From NCBI RefSeq assembly GCF_018977255.1, contig NW_024704742.1, positions 47,804,001-47,864,000 on the forward strand: a DNA stretch of 60,000 nucleotides. Reading direction: 5' to 3'. This document shows positions 57,511 through 60,000 of the stretch, in pieces. The DNA is from Callorhinchus milii (taxonomy: Eukaryota). Each line of letters opens with the position of its first letter. The first letter of the stretch is position 1. The position numbers and the translations under genes were made by a program. Below the pieces are notes generated by a model, which had not been told where the DNA came from, did no database searches, and saw nothing but the letters and a program-made list of their open reading frames with translations.

Positions 57511-58543
57511 AGCAGGGTGCGTCCCTCCGAGGAGAGAGTGCATTTTCCATTCCAGACACAAGGAAGGCATCCTTAATCTAAACCTCTCCTGTAATCTTGT
57601 TACAAAAAGATCTCGTTTGCCACTTGAGCTGTTCATTCAATTTTACCTTCCCTGATCATCTGTCATCCTTTGTGCAAAAATATATTCTGCCTAACTGCTT
57701 CTTGCTTCCTCATTTCCAACATTATTATTTGTCTCCTGGTATATGTGAACCTCTATCATAATGAACAATTTAACTAGATCAACTTTGTCAATCTATTACA
57801 ATCGACGAAAACTTTAATTCGATCACACTGGATGTTCAAGGGTGTTCAACTGGCGAATGGAGCAATTTTACAATATTTTCTTGAAACTTCAGTCAAATGT
57901 AGTTCAAAATAAAAGTGAAAACATCTGCCTGGCTTGATACCTTTTCACCACTAAGTCCCAAGTTTCAAAGCAGCCTAACTAATGTTCTCTCTGCTGAAAA
58001 TCACGTAAATTTGCGTTTACAATGCATGTTAATTTTTCGTTCCTATGACTAAACAAATGACACATTTAATTATTTGGTTATAAAGAGTATTGAGATTTAT
58101 TTAACATTGATGTCTACCACAAATAAGACATGACAAAAAGAGTTGATATTCAATTTTATACGTGATTGTTACATGTTCCCTGTGAATTGCACATTTCCTG
58201 AAATTTGAGAGACGTTTTACTAACCACAAGATGGTAGAATTCCTCTTCTGTCTCCATTTCTCAGTGGTTACAAGATCAACCTGGTTACTAGCTACACAAA
58301 ATCGTCCTGCTTGATACTTAAGATGAACCATTACAAGCAAACATCTGTGCAGCTGACATTAAACTGTGGTGGGTAAGATTGTGAAAACATCTTTCTGCAC
58401 CATAGAGTTACCTTCATAAAAATGATTTTTTTGTGATTTTGTTCATTAATCGTTAGGTATGAATGTTGATGTTCCTTCTGTGGAACTTTCACATAATTTT
58501 GCTTTCATTAAAAAAGACACATAGACATAATTCATCCAAAATT

Positions 58544-59949
58544 TTACACCTTGATTTTCTTTGGTGGAGGTTCCTGTAAACTCAGTTTAGCAACTTCTGC
58601 CCTGGATGTGAAAGGAACTCCCTGTCCAGCCACCTTCTTGCCAATAGTTTCGATCTAAAAATCACACAAATAAACATTTGTCACTGGTGATACGGGATAC
58701 TCTGAACTCAAATTCCCAGATACTTAAATCCTTTACAAGTCACCCAGCACATCCATTATGTTGAATATCTATCTTGTATAAATATAGTGTAGAACTACAT
58801 TCCTTCCTGAAGGATAATAAAGCCCTTTGTACCTGGAATCCCAGCTTCTGAAGTTTCGAATGCAGGCCATCTAGAACACGTCTACCATCAAACACAAAAG
58901 CTGGTTTTAACATGTTCTTATATATAACTCCATAATCCAGCACCTAGAAAAACAAACATAGATAAAACAAAGTCCAATCACAAATGATCTTTTTTGTTTG
59001 CAAAATAGTCTGCAATACCCCAGCAAAGTGCTTTTTTTAATACTAATGTGGGTCCATTTCCTTAAAAGATGTGCTGGAGTTTCATGGACCCCGACTACTG
59101 CCTTATAAAGCGCTCTGGGATGCTATCCTGCACTATATAAATGCAAGTTGTTGTTATAACAGGATCGTCCAGTAGTTTTTAAAGCATGTTAAGCATCTTC
59201 TAACCACTGTTTCTTGATAGATCTAATTTTCTCCCTTAGCCTTAGTGGGATCCTTCACTGTGGGTCATGGTCCTCCATATAGATTTCTCATGAACAAAAA
59301 AGCACCATATCTCTTAGCATTATCTCCCAGCAATAGCCTCATCCAGAATAGATCTAATGTTGGAATAACTGATTTGGAATTCTCTGATTTCCATCTCATT
59401 CCTGTTTTGAAAACTAAGCTACGATATTCCTCATCCAGTCCTCAATTACGGTCCTATTTAAGAAAGTTTTAAAAATATTAATGAGGGTTTGTTTATTTCG
59501 TTGAGTAGATAGGCTCCAGTGTTCAACCTGTCTACTCCAATGTATTCCAGATGCTGATAATAATAATCCTTGCATTTGGTACAGCACCTTATCACGTCTT
59601 TAAGATGTCTCATAGCGCTTCACAGAATATACTGTAAAGTGAATTGACGGTATATTTTGTGGGCAAAATGCAGCAACCAATTGCACACAGCAGTGTCCAC
59701 AAACAGTCATCAATTCAGTGAACAATTTAAGTTTAATTCCTGGATTTTTTTTAGAGGTGTGTTTTTTGCAGCTTTCGCTATATTTCTCTGAGGCCTGTTC
59801 AGGATGCTGCGAGGAAGTTGTGATTAATTCCTCAACTTTGATTGGATTTCCTCTTACCTGGAACTCATCCCACTCAGTGCAGATAATGATAGCGTGTGAT
59901 CCTTTACAGGCTTCATATGCATCAGTGCATACAGTGACCAAACACGACA
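58544..59949 (-). CDS. UGDH: UDP-glucose 6-dehydrogenase, last three coding exons (59858-59949, 58833-58943, 58544-58654); gene continues beyond the window
   Basis: [22 protein letters not shown] / [28 protein letters not shown]...GFQ / IETIGKKV...[15 protein letters not shown]; minus-strand AATAAA at 58096-58101. Confidence 0.95.
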
Positions 59950-60000
59950 CTGCAAATTTGGAAGCAAAAAGATTTATCTTAATTGTGCTACCTCCAACTA

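Overview
Vertebrate genomic DNA, most likely a cartilaginous fish (inferred from the repeat content and protein divergence; a holocephalan is plausible but unproven). It covers the conserved KLB-RPL9-LIAS-UGDH block. Complete genes with all splice junctions traceable: beta-Klotho (+, 5 exons, 1007 aa), RPL9 (-, 192 aa) and LIAS (+, 11 exons, 374 aa, GC-AG first intron). The last 3 coding exons of UGDH (-) are also present. Two features are not in the expected gene content. (1) RPL9 has a second copy of its last coding exon at 29390-29499 with its own splice acceptor and AATAAA; it differs from the first copy by 18 synonymous versus 2 nonsynonymous codons over 30 aligned codons, which points to alternative C-terminal RPL9 isoforms. 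(2) An internally deleted CCKAR-like GPCR locus lies between KLB and RPL9; it lacks most of TM3-TM6 and has NPxxY changed to NPIIC, yet its remnants could still splice in frame. The rest is tRNA-derived/Deu-type SINEs, L2 and CR1 fragments, a hAT MITE, Penelope-like relics and tandem repeats. Comparisons to human genes and repeat consensi are from memory, not database searches.
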